The notes beneath the pieces are model-generated. The model was not told the origin of the DNA and searched no databases. It worked only from the letters and a program-made list of their open reading frames with translations. Source: an uncultured Acidimicrobiales bacterium (lineage in GTDB: Bacteria; Actinomycetota; Acidimicrobiia; Acidimicrobiales; SZUA-35). From it: 64,000 nucleotides of DNA. The position numbers and the translations under genes were made by a program. Of this stretch, positions 10,556-19,163 are shown in pieces; the stretch's first letter is position 1; every line of letters starts with the position of its first letter. The stretch is taken from the NCBI GenBank assembly GCA_963751955.1, contig CAVVWM010000011.1, positions 117,888 to 181,887 on the forward strand, written 5' to 3'.

Positions 10556-12325
10556 ATGGGCGAAATAATCCAAAAAATAACTGTTCGACTCTTGCGGTTC
10601 CGCGTCCTCTCGTTGCTGGCCCTCGACGCTGCGGCGTGGTCGATCGCGCTGGTTCTGGCAACCGCGGTTCGGATGGAGCTGATGGGCGAAGATGCCGACC
10701 TCTCCCGCGTCGGGAGCCTCATCCTCGTCGCCGTTGCCGCCCATGCTCTCGCCGCAGTCGTGATCGTGCCCACCTATGGACTCAACCGAGTCGGCACTGG
10801 AGGGGATGCTGAAGCCACCGCCGCCACGTGGATGGTCGCAAGTTTCCCGATCGTTCTGGCCAACCTGTTCATACCCCAGCAGCCGGTGCCGAACTTCGCA
10901 CTGGTCCTTGCCATCCCAACCGCTCTGCTCATGATGGTCGGTGTGCGCTTCGGATGGCGTCTTGAACGCGATCGCAAGGCTACGGGATCCACTCACCTGC
11001 AACGAGTACTCGTCTTCGGCGGCGGCGAAGGGGGCGAGCAGATCATTCGAGCGATGAAGCAGGATCCACACAGCATCTATCACCCGGTGGGTGTCATCGA
11101 TGACCTAAGCGCGAAGCACGGTCGACTGATCCATGGCGTCAAAGTGTTGGGTGGACGCACCGACATTCCCGATATCGCCCGGAAAACGTCAGCCGAGGTG
11201 CTTCTTATGGCGATCCCGTCGGCCAACTCCCAACTCGTGGGCGATATAGATGACATCGCCGTCGCCGCCGATCTCGAGATGCTCGTGCTGCCTACCACAT
11301 CGGACCTGATCAACCGACTCCGTCTTTCCGATATCCGTGAGCTGACCGAACAAGATCTGCTTGGCCGCGCCGAAGTTCAAGTCGATGTCAATCAGATCAC
11401 AGGTGTCATCACCGGGAAGACGGTACTTGTCACCGGAGCGGGTGGATCCATTGGATCTGAACTGTGCCGGCAGCTGTACAACCTGGCACCAGAACGACTG
11501 ATCATGTTGGATCGAGACGAGAACGGTCTGCACGCCGTTCAGCTCAGTATTGAAGGCAAGGCGCTGCTGGACACGCCTGATCTGGTCGTGGCCGACATTC
11601 GCGATCGAGAGCGTGTGTTCGAGATCTTCGAGCGGGATCGTCCCGACGTGGTCTTTCACACCGCCGCGCTGAAACATCTCACGCTGTTGGAGATCCATCC
11701 CGATGAAGCCGTGAAGACCAACGTCTGTGGCACTCGAAATCTTCTTGATGCAGCCGAGCAGTCCGGAGTCGAAAGATTCGTCAATGTCTCCACGGACAAG
11801 GCGGCTGATCCTACCTCTGTTCTGGGGCGGACAAAGTTGATGGCCGAACGCCTTACCGCAGCAACAGCGGCCCGCGCCAATGGGACCTTCGTATCGGTGC
11901 GATTCGGTAATGTGCTGGGCAGTCGTGGTTCGGTTCTGCCGACCTTCCGCTCACAGATCGAATCCGGGGGCCCTATCACCGTCACAGACCCTGAGGTGAC
12001 CCGCTACTTCATGACGATTCCCGAGGCCGTCCGCCTCGTCCTTCAGGCATCTGCCATCGGCCGTCCCGGCGAGATCATGATTCTGGACATGGGCGAACCG
12101 GTGAAGATCGTCGACATGGCCAAGCGTCTGATCCGCCACTCCGGCAAGCGAATCGAAGTTGTCTACACCGGTCTGCGGCCGGGCGAGAAACTACACGAGG
12201 TCCTCGTAGCGACCGACGAAGAAGGCATCCAGCGGGAACACCCCCGCATCACCCACACCATGGGACAGATTGCCGGAGAAGACACCGAAAGCGACGCCGG
12301 TCTCATGGGCGGCAGTCTCCTCTAG
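10556..12325 (+). CDS. capD: CapD/WbpM/PglF-type membrane NDP-sugar 4,6-dehydratase
   Basis: Four N-terminal TMs; DLLGR, VTGAGGSIGSEL, HTAALKH, STDKA, VRFGNVLGSRGSV, RYFMTIPEA and GLRPGEKLHE motifs. Confidence 0.93.
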   Translation: MGEIIQKITVRLLRFRVLSLLALDAAAWSIALVLATAVRMELMGEDADLSRVGSLILVAVAAHALAAVVIVPTYGLNRVGTGGDAEATAATWMVASFPIVLANLFIPQQPVPNFALVLAIPTALLMMVGVRFGWRLERDRKATGSTHLQRVLVFGGGEGGEQIIRAMKQDPHSIYHPVGVIDDLSAKHGRLIHGVKVLGGRTDIPDIARKTSAEVLLMAIPSANSQLVGDIDDIAVAADLEMLVLPTTSDLINRLRLSDIRELTEQDLLGRAEVQVDVNQITGVITGKTVLVTGAGGSIGSELCRQLYNLAPERLIMLDRDENGLHAVQLSIEGKALLDTPDLVVADIRDRERVFEIFERDRPDVVFHTAALKHLTLLEIHPDEAVKTNVCGTRNLLDAAEQSGVERFVNVSTDKAADPTSVLGRTKLMAERLTAATAARANGTFVSVRFGNVLGSRGSVLPTFRSQIESGGPITVTDPEVTRYFMTIPEAVRLVLQASAIGRPGEIMILDMGEPVKIVDMAKRLIRHSGKRIEVVYTGLRPGEKLHEVLVATDEEGIQREHPRITHTMGQIAGEDTESDAGLMGGSLL

Positions 12326-12343
12326 TCCCTCGGGCACGGCGAT

Positions 12344-12393
12344 ATTCCGTTCCCCCACCACATTCCCCCGGAATTCCGTTTCTCCACCACATT
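12344..12393. repeat. Imperfect 21-bp direct repeat (two copies) between convergent capD and rmlC-like genes
   Basis: attccgttcccccaccacatt (12344-12364) and attccgtttctccaccacatt (12373-12393), 19/21 identical. A partial inverted copy (aatgtggt) lies near 12424. Confidence 0.7.
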
Positions 12394-12445
12394 TCGTGTG
12401 GTTGCCCAACGGCAGAACGGCGGAATGTGGTCTCCCAACGGGGTT

Positions 12446-12979
12446 TCATACCGAGAAGGGGGGCCAGTTTTCGTCTTTCTCGCTGAGCATGACGCCGTCT
12501 TTCATCGGCCAGTCGATGTTGAAGAACGGGTCGTCGTAACGCAGGCCCTTCTCAGCGCCTGGGGTGTAGGGGGTATTGGTGAGGTAGATCACTTCGCTGT
12601 CGGGCATGAGCGACTGGTAGGCGTGGGCACAGCCCTCGGGGATCACCAAGGCAAGGCGATTCTGCGGCGTGAGTTCGATCCCGAACCACTGGCCGTATGT
12701 GGGCGAATCTTTGCGCACATCTGCGCACACGTCGAAAATGGCACCGTTGATGCAGCGCATGAACTTGGCTTCCCCGGCGGGTGGCTCCTGCCAGTGGAGA
12801 CCGCGAATCAGGCCAGCATCGACGCAGTAGCTGGTGTTGATCTGGGCGACGTGGGTCGCTCCGCCGATTGCACCGAGCTCATCAGCACACCACTGCCGGG
12901 CGAAGAAACCCCGCTCGTCACCAATCTGCTTCAGCGAGGCGACGAAACACCCCTCAACGTTTGTGGCTTCAAATTCCAT
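12446..12979 (-). CDS. rfbC: NDP-4-keto-sugar 3,5-epimerase (RmlC/RfbC cupin family)
   Basis: DERGFFAR, RGLHWQ, GAIFDV..DVRKDSPTYG, IPEGCAH and YDDP...IDWP motifs. ATG at 12979 (MEFEAT). Confidence 0.9.
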   Translation of the reverse strand: MEFEATNVEGCFVASLKQIGDERGFFARQWCADELGAIGGATHVAQINTSYCVDAGLIRGLHWQEPPAGEAKFMRCINGAIFDVCADVRKDSPTYGQWFGIELTPQNRLALVIPEGCAHAYQSLMPDSEVIYLTNTPYTPGAEKGLRYDDPFFNIDWPMKDGVMLSEKDENWPPFSV

Positions 12980-13045
12980 GTTTTGATCCTGTCGTGGGGT
13001 TGCCACTACGCCGCGGCGGGCAAACAAGGCGAGTGGAGGCATGGA

Positions 13046-14077
13046 TTATTGCCAGTAGAACTCGTCGTTGACCTGGTGTGTGTCGAGTAAGTGTTGGATC
13101 TGTTTGATGCGGCGGTGGCCTCTGTGGGTCTGCTGGGCCTCGTTGAAATCGATCCGTTTGAAGGTGTCGACCATTTCCTTCACGCCCGACCGCACATCAT
13201 GGTCGCAGGAGAAGCCCGGCAGCTTCGTGGTGATCTTTTCGAAGTTCACTTTGTAGTTGCGGTTGTCACCGCCCTTTTCGCCGATGATCACTTCACAGCC
13301 GTCGATCTCTTCGCCGATGATCCGGCAGATGTCCTTTACCTGATAGTTGCCTCGGTCGTCGCCAACGTTGAAGACTTGGTCATGGATTGCGTCCTTGGGT
13401 GCTTCCAGCGCACACAGCATGGCTTTGCCGATGTCGGCCACGTGGACGAAGGGTCTCCACGGGGTGCCGTCGGACTCGAGAACCAGCTTCTTGGTGAGAA
13501 ACGCCTGTGCGGTGAGATCGTTGATGGCCAGATCAAACCGCATACGCGGGCTCAGCCCGAATGCGGTTCCATTTCGCAGGTACACCGGAGAGAAGTTGAG
13601 GTCAGCCAGCTTGGAAAGGCCTTCTTCGCACAGCAGCTTGCACTTTGCGTAGGCGGTGAGAGGCCCGGTCGACGACTCTTCGGTGGCAAAGACTTCTTCG
13701 TTGTCACCCGATGCGCCGTAAACGCTGCACGATGAGCTGTAGATGAACCGGTGGACGCCGGCTTCTTTGGCCATTTCAGCAAGCCTGATGGTCGCTCGAT
13801 GGTTGATGTCGTAGGTGAGCTCAACGTTCAGATTGCCGAGAGGATCGTTGGACAGATCGGCTAGGTGAATGACCGCATCGAAGCCCTGCAGCTGGGCAGC
13901 AGAGACGAGCCTGGTGTCGAGCTTGGTCCACGCCGGGCTGCAGTCGACACCGTCGTACAGCCAGCCAACCCTGTGAAAGCCGGTGTCGTAGCTCACGACG
14001 TCGTGGCCGGCGTCCATGAGCCGCTGGCCGAGTAGTGTTCCTATGTAGCCCTCGCCACCGGTGAGTAGGACCTTCAT
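13046..14077 (-). CDS. NAD-dependent sugar epimerase/dehydratase (extended SDR)
   Basis: TGGEGYIG, HLA.LSNDP, SSSCSVYG and YAKCK (YxxxK) motifs; overlaps the rfbF stop. Confidence 0.88.
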   Translation of the reverse strand: MKVLLTGGEGYIGTLLGQRLMDAGHDVVSYDTGFHRVGWLYDGVDCSPAWTKLDTRLVSAAQLQGFDAVIHLADLSNDPLGNLNVELTYDINHRATIRLAEMAKEAGVHRFIYSSSCSVYGASGDNEEVFATEESSTGPLTAYAKCKLLCEEGLSKLADLNFSPVYLRNGTAFGLSPRMRFDLAINDLTAQAFLTKKLVLESDGTPWRPFVHVADIGKAMLCALEAPKDAIHDQVFNVGDDRGNYQVKDICRIIGEEIDGCEVIIGEKGGDNRNYKVNFEKITTKLPGFSCDHDVRSGVKEMVDTFKRIDFNEAQQTHRGHRRIKQIQHLLDTHQVNDEFYWQ

Positions 14078-14853
14078 CGCTGATTACTCCAGTTGTTCCA
14101 GGGAGCGTCGCCGCCCTCCCAAAGTGATTCCAATAGTTCCTTGTCCCGAAGAGTGTCCATGCACTGCCAGAACGTCTCGTGGCGGTAGGCCATGAGTTGT
14201 CCGTCCTTGGCCAGGTTGGCCAGGGGTTCCTTCGAGAAGTCAGTATTGTCGGATTCGATGTACTCGAGAACTTCGGGCTCGAGCACGAAGTACCCGCCAT
14301 TGATCCATCCTTCGCCGGTCTGTGGCTTCTCGGTGAAGCTGGTGATCTGATCACCGTTGAACTCGATTGCACCAAACCTGGCTGGAGGTCGAACAGCGGT
14401 CATGGTGGCCAATTTGCCGTGACTCTTGTGGAACGCGACCAGCTTGGTGATGTCGACGTCGGACACCCCATCGCCATAGGTCGCCATGAACGTGCCGTTG
14501 TACTGGGGAGCCAGCCGCCGAATGCGACCACCGGTATGGGTATGGAGTCCGGTGTCGATCAAGCCGATCTTCCAGCGCTCATCTGGCTGCTGAGAGTGAC
14601 GGATCACCTTGTTCGATCCGAGGTTGACCGTGAGGTCACTGGCCAAAGTTGCATACTCCGCGAAGTACTGCTTGATCATGTCGCCCTTGTAGCCCAACGC
14701 GATCAGGAAGTCGTCGTAGCCATGGCCGGCATAGTGCTTCATGATGTGCCAGATGATCGGTTTACCACCGATCTGGACAAGAGGCTTTGGCCTATTCACG
14801 GTCTCTTCGCTAAGCCGACTACCAAGGCCGCCGGCGAGAATCACTACCTTCAT
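14074..14853 (-). CDS. rfbF: Glucose-1-phosphate cytidylyltransferase
   Basis: MKVVILAGGLGSRLSEET..RPKPLV.IG, DTG..T.TGGR, TYGDG, WINGGYFV and FWQCMDTLRDK motifs. Confidence 0.95.
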   Translation of the reverse strand: MKVVILAGGLGSRLSEETVNRPKPLVQIGGKPIIWHIMKHYAGHGYDDFLIALGYKGDMIKQYFAEYATLASDLTVNLGSNKVIRHSQQPDERWKIGLIDTGLHTHTGGRIRRLAPQYNGTFMATYGDGVSDVDITKLVAFHKSHGKLATMTAVRPPARFGAIEFNGDQITSFTEKPQTGEGWINGGYFVLEPEVLEYIESDNTDFSKEPLANLAKDGQLMAYRHETFWQCMDTLRDKELLESLWEGGDAPWNNWSNQR

Positions 14854-14909
14854 GGATGGGTGCTCCAGGTACTCTCTGTTTGAAATGTGGGGAGGGGGAT
14901 GTCAGCGTG

Positions 14910-15860
14910 TCAAATCCCGCGGGCATCTGCATAGTTCTCGGTGAACCATCGGTAGGTATCGGTGAGGCCTTGACGAAGATCGATGCTGTGCTTCCAGCCC
15001 AATGAATGCAGCTTGGAGACATCGAGGACCTTGCGTGGTGTGCCATCGGGCTTGGACGTGTCCCAGCTGAGGGTGGCTTCGGGATAGACGATTTGGCCGA
15101 TCAGTTCAGCCAACTCCTTGATGGTCTGATCTTCGCCGGTACCAACATTGACGTGCTGGAGGCCGTCGTAGGAGTCGAGTAGGAAGATGCAAGCGTCAGC
15201 GAGGTCGTCGACATGCAGAAACTCGCGCATGACCGAACCTGTCCCCCACACCTCGACGGTCGGTTCACCGGCCTGCTTTGCATCGTGAAACTTGCGCATG
15301 AGCGCTGGAATCACATGGGATCCGTCGAGATCGAAGTTGTCGTTTGGCCCGTACAAATTGGTGGGCATGGCCGACACGAAGTTGTCGCCGTATTGTCGTT
15401 TGTACGTCTCGCACATCTTGATGCCGGCGATCTTGGCAAGCGCATAGCCCTCGTTCGTGGGCTCCAGTGCCCCGGTGAGCAGCTCGTCTTCGGTGATCGG
15501 TTGCCTGGCCATGCGGGGGTAGATGCACGACGAACCCAGGTACAACAACTTCTCCACCCCGACTTCATGGGCGGCATGGATCACGGTGCCGTGGATCATC
15601 AAGTTGTCGTAGAGGAACTGAGCGGGAAACGAGTTGTTGGCGTGAATACCGCCCACCTTGCCTGCGGCAAGGATGACCTGTTCAGGCTTGTGTTCCGCCA
15701 TGAACTCGTTCACATCACTCTGAGAGCGAAGGTCGAGGTCGCTCGAAGGCGCAGTAATTACGTTGTGGTAGCCGCCCTGCTCAAGACGCCGAAGCAATGC
15801 GGACCCCACAAGACCGCCGTGGCCAGCCACGTAGATCTTTGATTCGGGTGAAAGGGCCAT
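14910..15860 (-). CDS. fcl: GDP-L-fucose synthase
   Basis: AGHGGLVGSA, AAGKVGGI.AN, LGSSCIYP, LEPTNEGYA.AK, MPTNLYGPNDNF, SHVIPAL and KPDGTPRK motifs. Confidence 0.96.
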   Translation of the reverse strand: MALSPESKIYVAGHGGLVGSALLRRLEQGGYHNVITAPSSDLDLRSQSDVNEFMAEHKPEQVILAAGKVGGIHANNSFPAQFLYDNLMIHGTVIHAAHEVGVEKLLYLGSSCIYPRMARQPITEDELLTGALEPTNEGYALAKIAGIKMCETYKRQYGDNFVSAMPTNLYGPNDNFDLDGSHVIPALMRKFHDAKQAGEPTVEVWGTGSVMREFLHVDDLADACIFLLDSYDGLQHVNVGTGEDQTIKELAELIGQIVYPEATLSWDTSKPDGTPRKVLDVSKLHSLGWKHSIDLRQGLTDTYRWFTENYADARGI

Positions 15861-15955
15861 AGAACAAACGTATCGGTGCAGGTGCCTACGCTCATGAGTT
15901 AGTGGGTCGCTGTATACAGGTAAACCTGCCCTATTGAGCGACCGAAGAGATAGGT

Positions 15956-17005
15956 ATGACCGACACCCCTACACCCGACAGAAGCACCACCACCAGCAAA
16001 AACGTCGAGTCTGGTGCAATCCCGGCAACCGAGAGCGAAGCTGCCGAGCCAGTCGTCACAGTAATCTCAGGAGCAACCGGATTTCTCGGCCGGCATCTGG
16101 TCGCAGCCCTTTCGGGCTCTCTCGGCGGACTGACACCGTCAGGCACCTCTGTCGAACGCAAAGTTCATGTGCTGTCCACTCGCCCCAACCCGGTGTTCGA
16201 AGGTGTCCACGAATCGGCGGTCACCGCCCACCAAGTCAACCTCAACGACGCCATTGCGGTGACCGAACTCATGAACGAGCTGAAGGCTGACGAGCTGTTC
16301 CATCTCGCATGGTTCAATGGTGAATCCGCCAGCCGCTACTCAGATCCGGTCAACCACGACTGGGTCGCCATCGCCGAGCACCTCGTTGAGAGCTTCGCCA
16401 GGGCCGGCGGTCGCCGAGCGATTTTGGCAGGCAGCTGTATCGAATACGGACCCGACGGTGGGGTGTTGTCCGAAGACGGACCGGTGGATCCCGATACCGT
16501 GTACGGCCGGTGCAAACTCGACGCTGGCCTTCGTGCGCTCGCAGTAGCCGACGACTTCCCGGCGCTCACCGTCGCCGTTGCCCGGATCTTCTTCGTTCTG
16601 GGACGATTCGAAGATCCCAACCGGCTTGTGCCTCACATCATTCGACAGCTGCTCAACGACGATCCGGCCGAGCTTTCAGCTGGAACTCAACGCCGCGACT
16701 ACATGCACGCCTGGGACGTGGCCCTCGGCCTGATCGCTATTGCCGACAGTGACCTGCAAGGTCATGTAAATCTCGGCATGGGACAGGCCGTTCAGGTGAA
16801 AGAGCTGTCACAGATGATCGGCGATGCCGTGGGCCGTCCCGACCTACTGTGGTTCGGGGCACGGGCCGGCGGGGCGGATACCGCCGACGAGATCACCGCA
16901 GACATCAGCCGAATCAGCTCTTCAACCAAGTGGAAACCTTCACTTGATCTGGCAGCCGCTTCAGCCGATGTAGTCAACTGGTGGACAAGCCACCTAGGCC
17001 ACTAG
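15956..17005 (+). CDS. NAD(P)-dependent NDP-sugar epimerase/reductase (extended SDR)
   Basis: SGATGFLG, HLAW, GSCIEYG, YGRCK and RDYMH motifs. Confidence 0.85.
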   Translation: MTDTPTPDRSTTTSKNVESGAIPATESEAAEPVVTVISGATGFLGRHLVAALSGSLGGLTPSGTSVERKVHVLSTRPNPVFEGVHESAVTAHQVNLNDAIAVTELMNELKADELFHLAWFNGESASRYSDPVNHDWVAIAEHLVESFARAGGRRAILAGSCIEYGPDGGVLSEDGPVDPDTVYGRCKLDAGLRALAVADDFPALTVAVARIFFVLGRFEDPNRLVPHIIRQLLNDDPAELSAGTQRRDYMHAWDVALGLIAIADSDLQGHVNLGMGQAVQVKELSQMIGDAVGRPDLLWFGARAGGADTADEITADISRISSSTKWKPSLDLAAASADVVNWWTSHLGH

Positions 17006-17083
17006 GTACATCCACCAACTACCAGACAGGTCGGCACCGGCCAACGCTACAAAAAAGCGTACTTCCCCCAAGAACGGACCAAC

Positions 17084-18409
17084 ATGAGCGACAAGACGGT
17101 AATCCTCGGCAGTGGAATGGCGGCCTGGGGCGCCTTCGATCGCCTGACCTCGGAAGGGGTCACGCCCAAGTTGTTCGACAAGAACACCTACCCCGGCGGA
17201 CACACTGCATCTTTCCCCAATGACAAGGGGTTCGTCTTCGACGACGGACCCCACATCTCATTCACCGAGATCGAGGAAATGCAGAACGTGCTGGCCGACG
17301 CCGTCGACGGCAACTACGAAACGCTGAATGCTCGAGTCGACAACTGGTACCAGGGTGTGTGGGTGAAGCACCCCGCAATCGCCTATCTGCACGCCCTCCC
17401 CGAAGATCTCATCGTGCAAATCCTGGACGAGTTCATTCAGGTGTCAGCCACCGAGATGCCCGAGACGGCGTCGTTCTCCAACTATCACGAGTGGCTTCTC
17501 TCCGCGTACGGTCCCACATTCGCCGACAACTTCCCCGGTCGCTATGGCACCAAGTACCACACCTGTGGACCTGAAGACATGAATGTCTCGTGGCTCGGAC
17601 CCCGTCTCTACCGCCCCGATCTCAAAGAAGTCCTGATGGGCGCAGTACGCCCACCGCGCACCGAGAAACACTACATCGACAAGTTCCGCTACCCGAAGAA
17701 GGGTGGGTTCGAGGGTTATCTGCACAAGTTCTTTGGTGCCGCCGACCTGAGCCTGGGCCACCGCGCTGAAAGCATCGATCCCGGCTCCAAGACAATCACA
17801 TTCGGCAACGGGAATACCGAAGCCTACGACACCCTCATATCCTCGGCGCCACTGGCAGAGATGATCCGAATGCTGCCCAACGTGCCCGACGATGTTCAGG
17901 AAGCAGCGAGCCTACTGAGCTGCAGCCAGAGTGTCATCGTGAACGTTGGCGTTGCACGCGACGACCTGTCCCCCGCTCACTGGCGATACATCTACGACGA
18001 CGATATGCGGTCGGTACGGCTCAGCTTCCCTCACATGTTCAGCCCCACGACCTGTCCTCCCGGTCACGGAGCCGTTCAGGTCGAGGTCTACTACAGCGAC
18101 AAATATCGGCCGCTTGACCACAAGCCCGAAGACGACATCAAACCCGTCATAGAAGAACTCACCACCATGGGAGTGCTCCGCGAAGACGACGACATCGTGT
18201 TCTCCGAAGCCCGCTTCATCGAGTACGCCAACGTGATATTCGACCTGGACTCGGGACCGTGCGCAGCGAAGGTACAGGACTACCTGACCTCGCTGGACAT
18301 CACCTACTGCGGTCGCTACGGCGACTGGGCATACATCTGGACCGATCAGAGCTACCTCAGTGGCCAGCGAGCTGCCCAGCGCACGCTCGACGTGCGGACA
18401 AGCGCCTAG
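17084..18409 (+). CDS. FAD-dependent oxidoreductase, UDP-galactopyranose mutase / protoporphyrinogen oxidase-like fold
   Basis: ILGSGMA dinucleotide-binding start, PGG, FDDGPHI, FRYPKKGG and C-terminal GRYGDWAY..TDQS. Confidence 0.8.
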   Translation: MSDKTVILGSGMAAWGAFDRLTSEGVTPKLFDKNTYPGGHTASFPNDKGFVFDDGPHISFTEIEEMQNVLADAVDGNYETLNARVDNWYQGVWVKHPAIAYLHALPEDLIVQILDEFIQVSATEMPETASFSNYHEWLLSAYGPTFADNFPGRYGTKYHTCGPEDMNVSWLGPRLYRPDLKEVLMGAVRPPRTEKHYIDKFRYPKKGGFEGYLHKFFGAADLSLGHRAESIDPGSKTITFGNGNTEAYDTLISSAPLAEMIRMLPNVPDDVQEAASLLSCSQSVIVNVGVARDDLSPAHWRYIYDDDMRSVRLSFPHMFSPTTCPPGHGAVQVEVYYSDKYRPLDHKPEDDIKPVIEELTTMGVLREDDDIVFSEARFIEYANVIFDLDSGPCAAKVQDYLTSLDITYCGRYGDWAYIWTDQSYLSGQRAAQRTLDVRTSA

Positions 18410-18434
18410 TCGACAAAGGTGGCGCTCGACCCTT

Positions 18435-18453
18435 GCTGAGGTCGCGCCTCAGC
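18435..18453. terminator. GC-rich hairpin between convergent genes (possible bidirectional terminator)
   Basis: GCTGAGG-TCGCG-CCTCAGC, a 7-bp stem between the stops at 18409 and 18478; no U-tract. Confidence 0.4.
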
Positions 18454-18477
18454 TGCGCAACGATCCCGGCTGTGGAT

Positions 18478-18921
18478 CTAACGCTTGCAGTGGCGGACCG
18501 TCTGAAATTTGCGGTAGAAGAACAGCGCCTTGAGCGCCGGCAGAGAAAAGAACACCCGGGTCACGAGGCCCCACAAGCCACCGCCGTGCTCGTACTCGAT
18601 GTGCTCGGTGACCTTTGTTTGGTTAGGTCCTCGTTCGAGAAACTGATGTGTGTGAGCCCACGCTTTCATGGGCCCAGCGGTCTGAACGTCGGTGAAGCCG
18701 GCGTCGGTCACGCCTCGGTGCGTTGCCTCCCAGCGAAGCGGGATCGGCCCGGCCCAGATGGTGAAGCGGCTAACCGACCCCTCGCCAAGCGGCTCCATCG
18801 AATGGACCTGCATGATCGTCGGCGGCGGCGTGAGAATCCGAAGGACTCTGGTGTCGTGGTGGAACTCTCGCACCCGTTCCTGGCTAGCAGGAACGGTGAA
18901 CTCAAAATCGAACGTCTTCAC
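18478..18921 (-). CDS. SRPBCC (START-like) family protein
   Basis: FHHD...L..LTPP, P.RWEA.H, F.DVQ..GP...W.H.H.F and V.EHIEY motifs. GTG start at 18921. Confidence 0.85.
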   Translation of the reverse strand: MKTFDFEFTVPASQERVREFHHDTRVLRILTPPPTIMQVHSMEPLGEGSVSRFTIWAGPIPLRWEATHRGVTDAGFTDVQTAGPMKAWAHTHQFLERGPNQTKVTEHIEYEHGGGLWGLVTRVFFSLPALKALFFYRKFQTVRHCKR

Positions 18922-19163
18922 TGTGGAAGTCTGGCAGTTCCAGCCACAACAACGTCGTACCGGGACCCAATCCAAATGCGTGACGCTGCCGACGCGCCAG
19001 CAAGGCAGCACGCTGCCTTCTCGGGTTTGTTTGAGCGGAGCGAGGCTGGAGCGACCTTGCGGTGGAGTCCGGAAGTCCGCAAATGGAAGCCGATGCCACC
19101 GAGGCCGGGAAGCGGGGAAGCGGAAGTGAAGGGCTACCGGCGCGCAACAAAGGCCAGTGGAGG

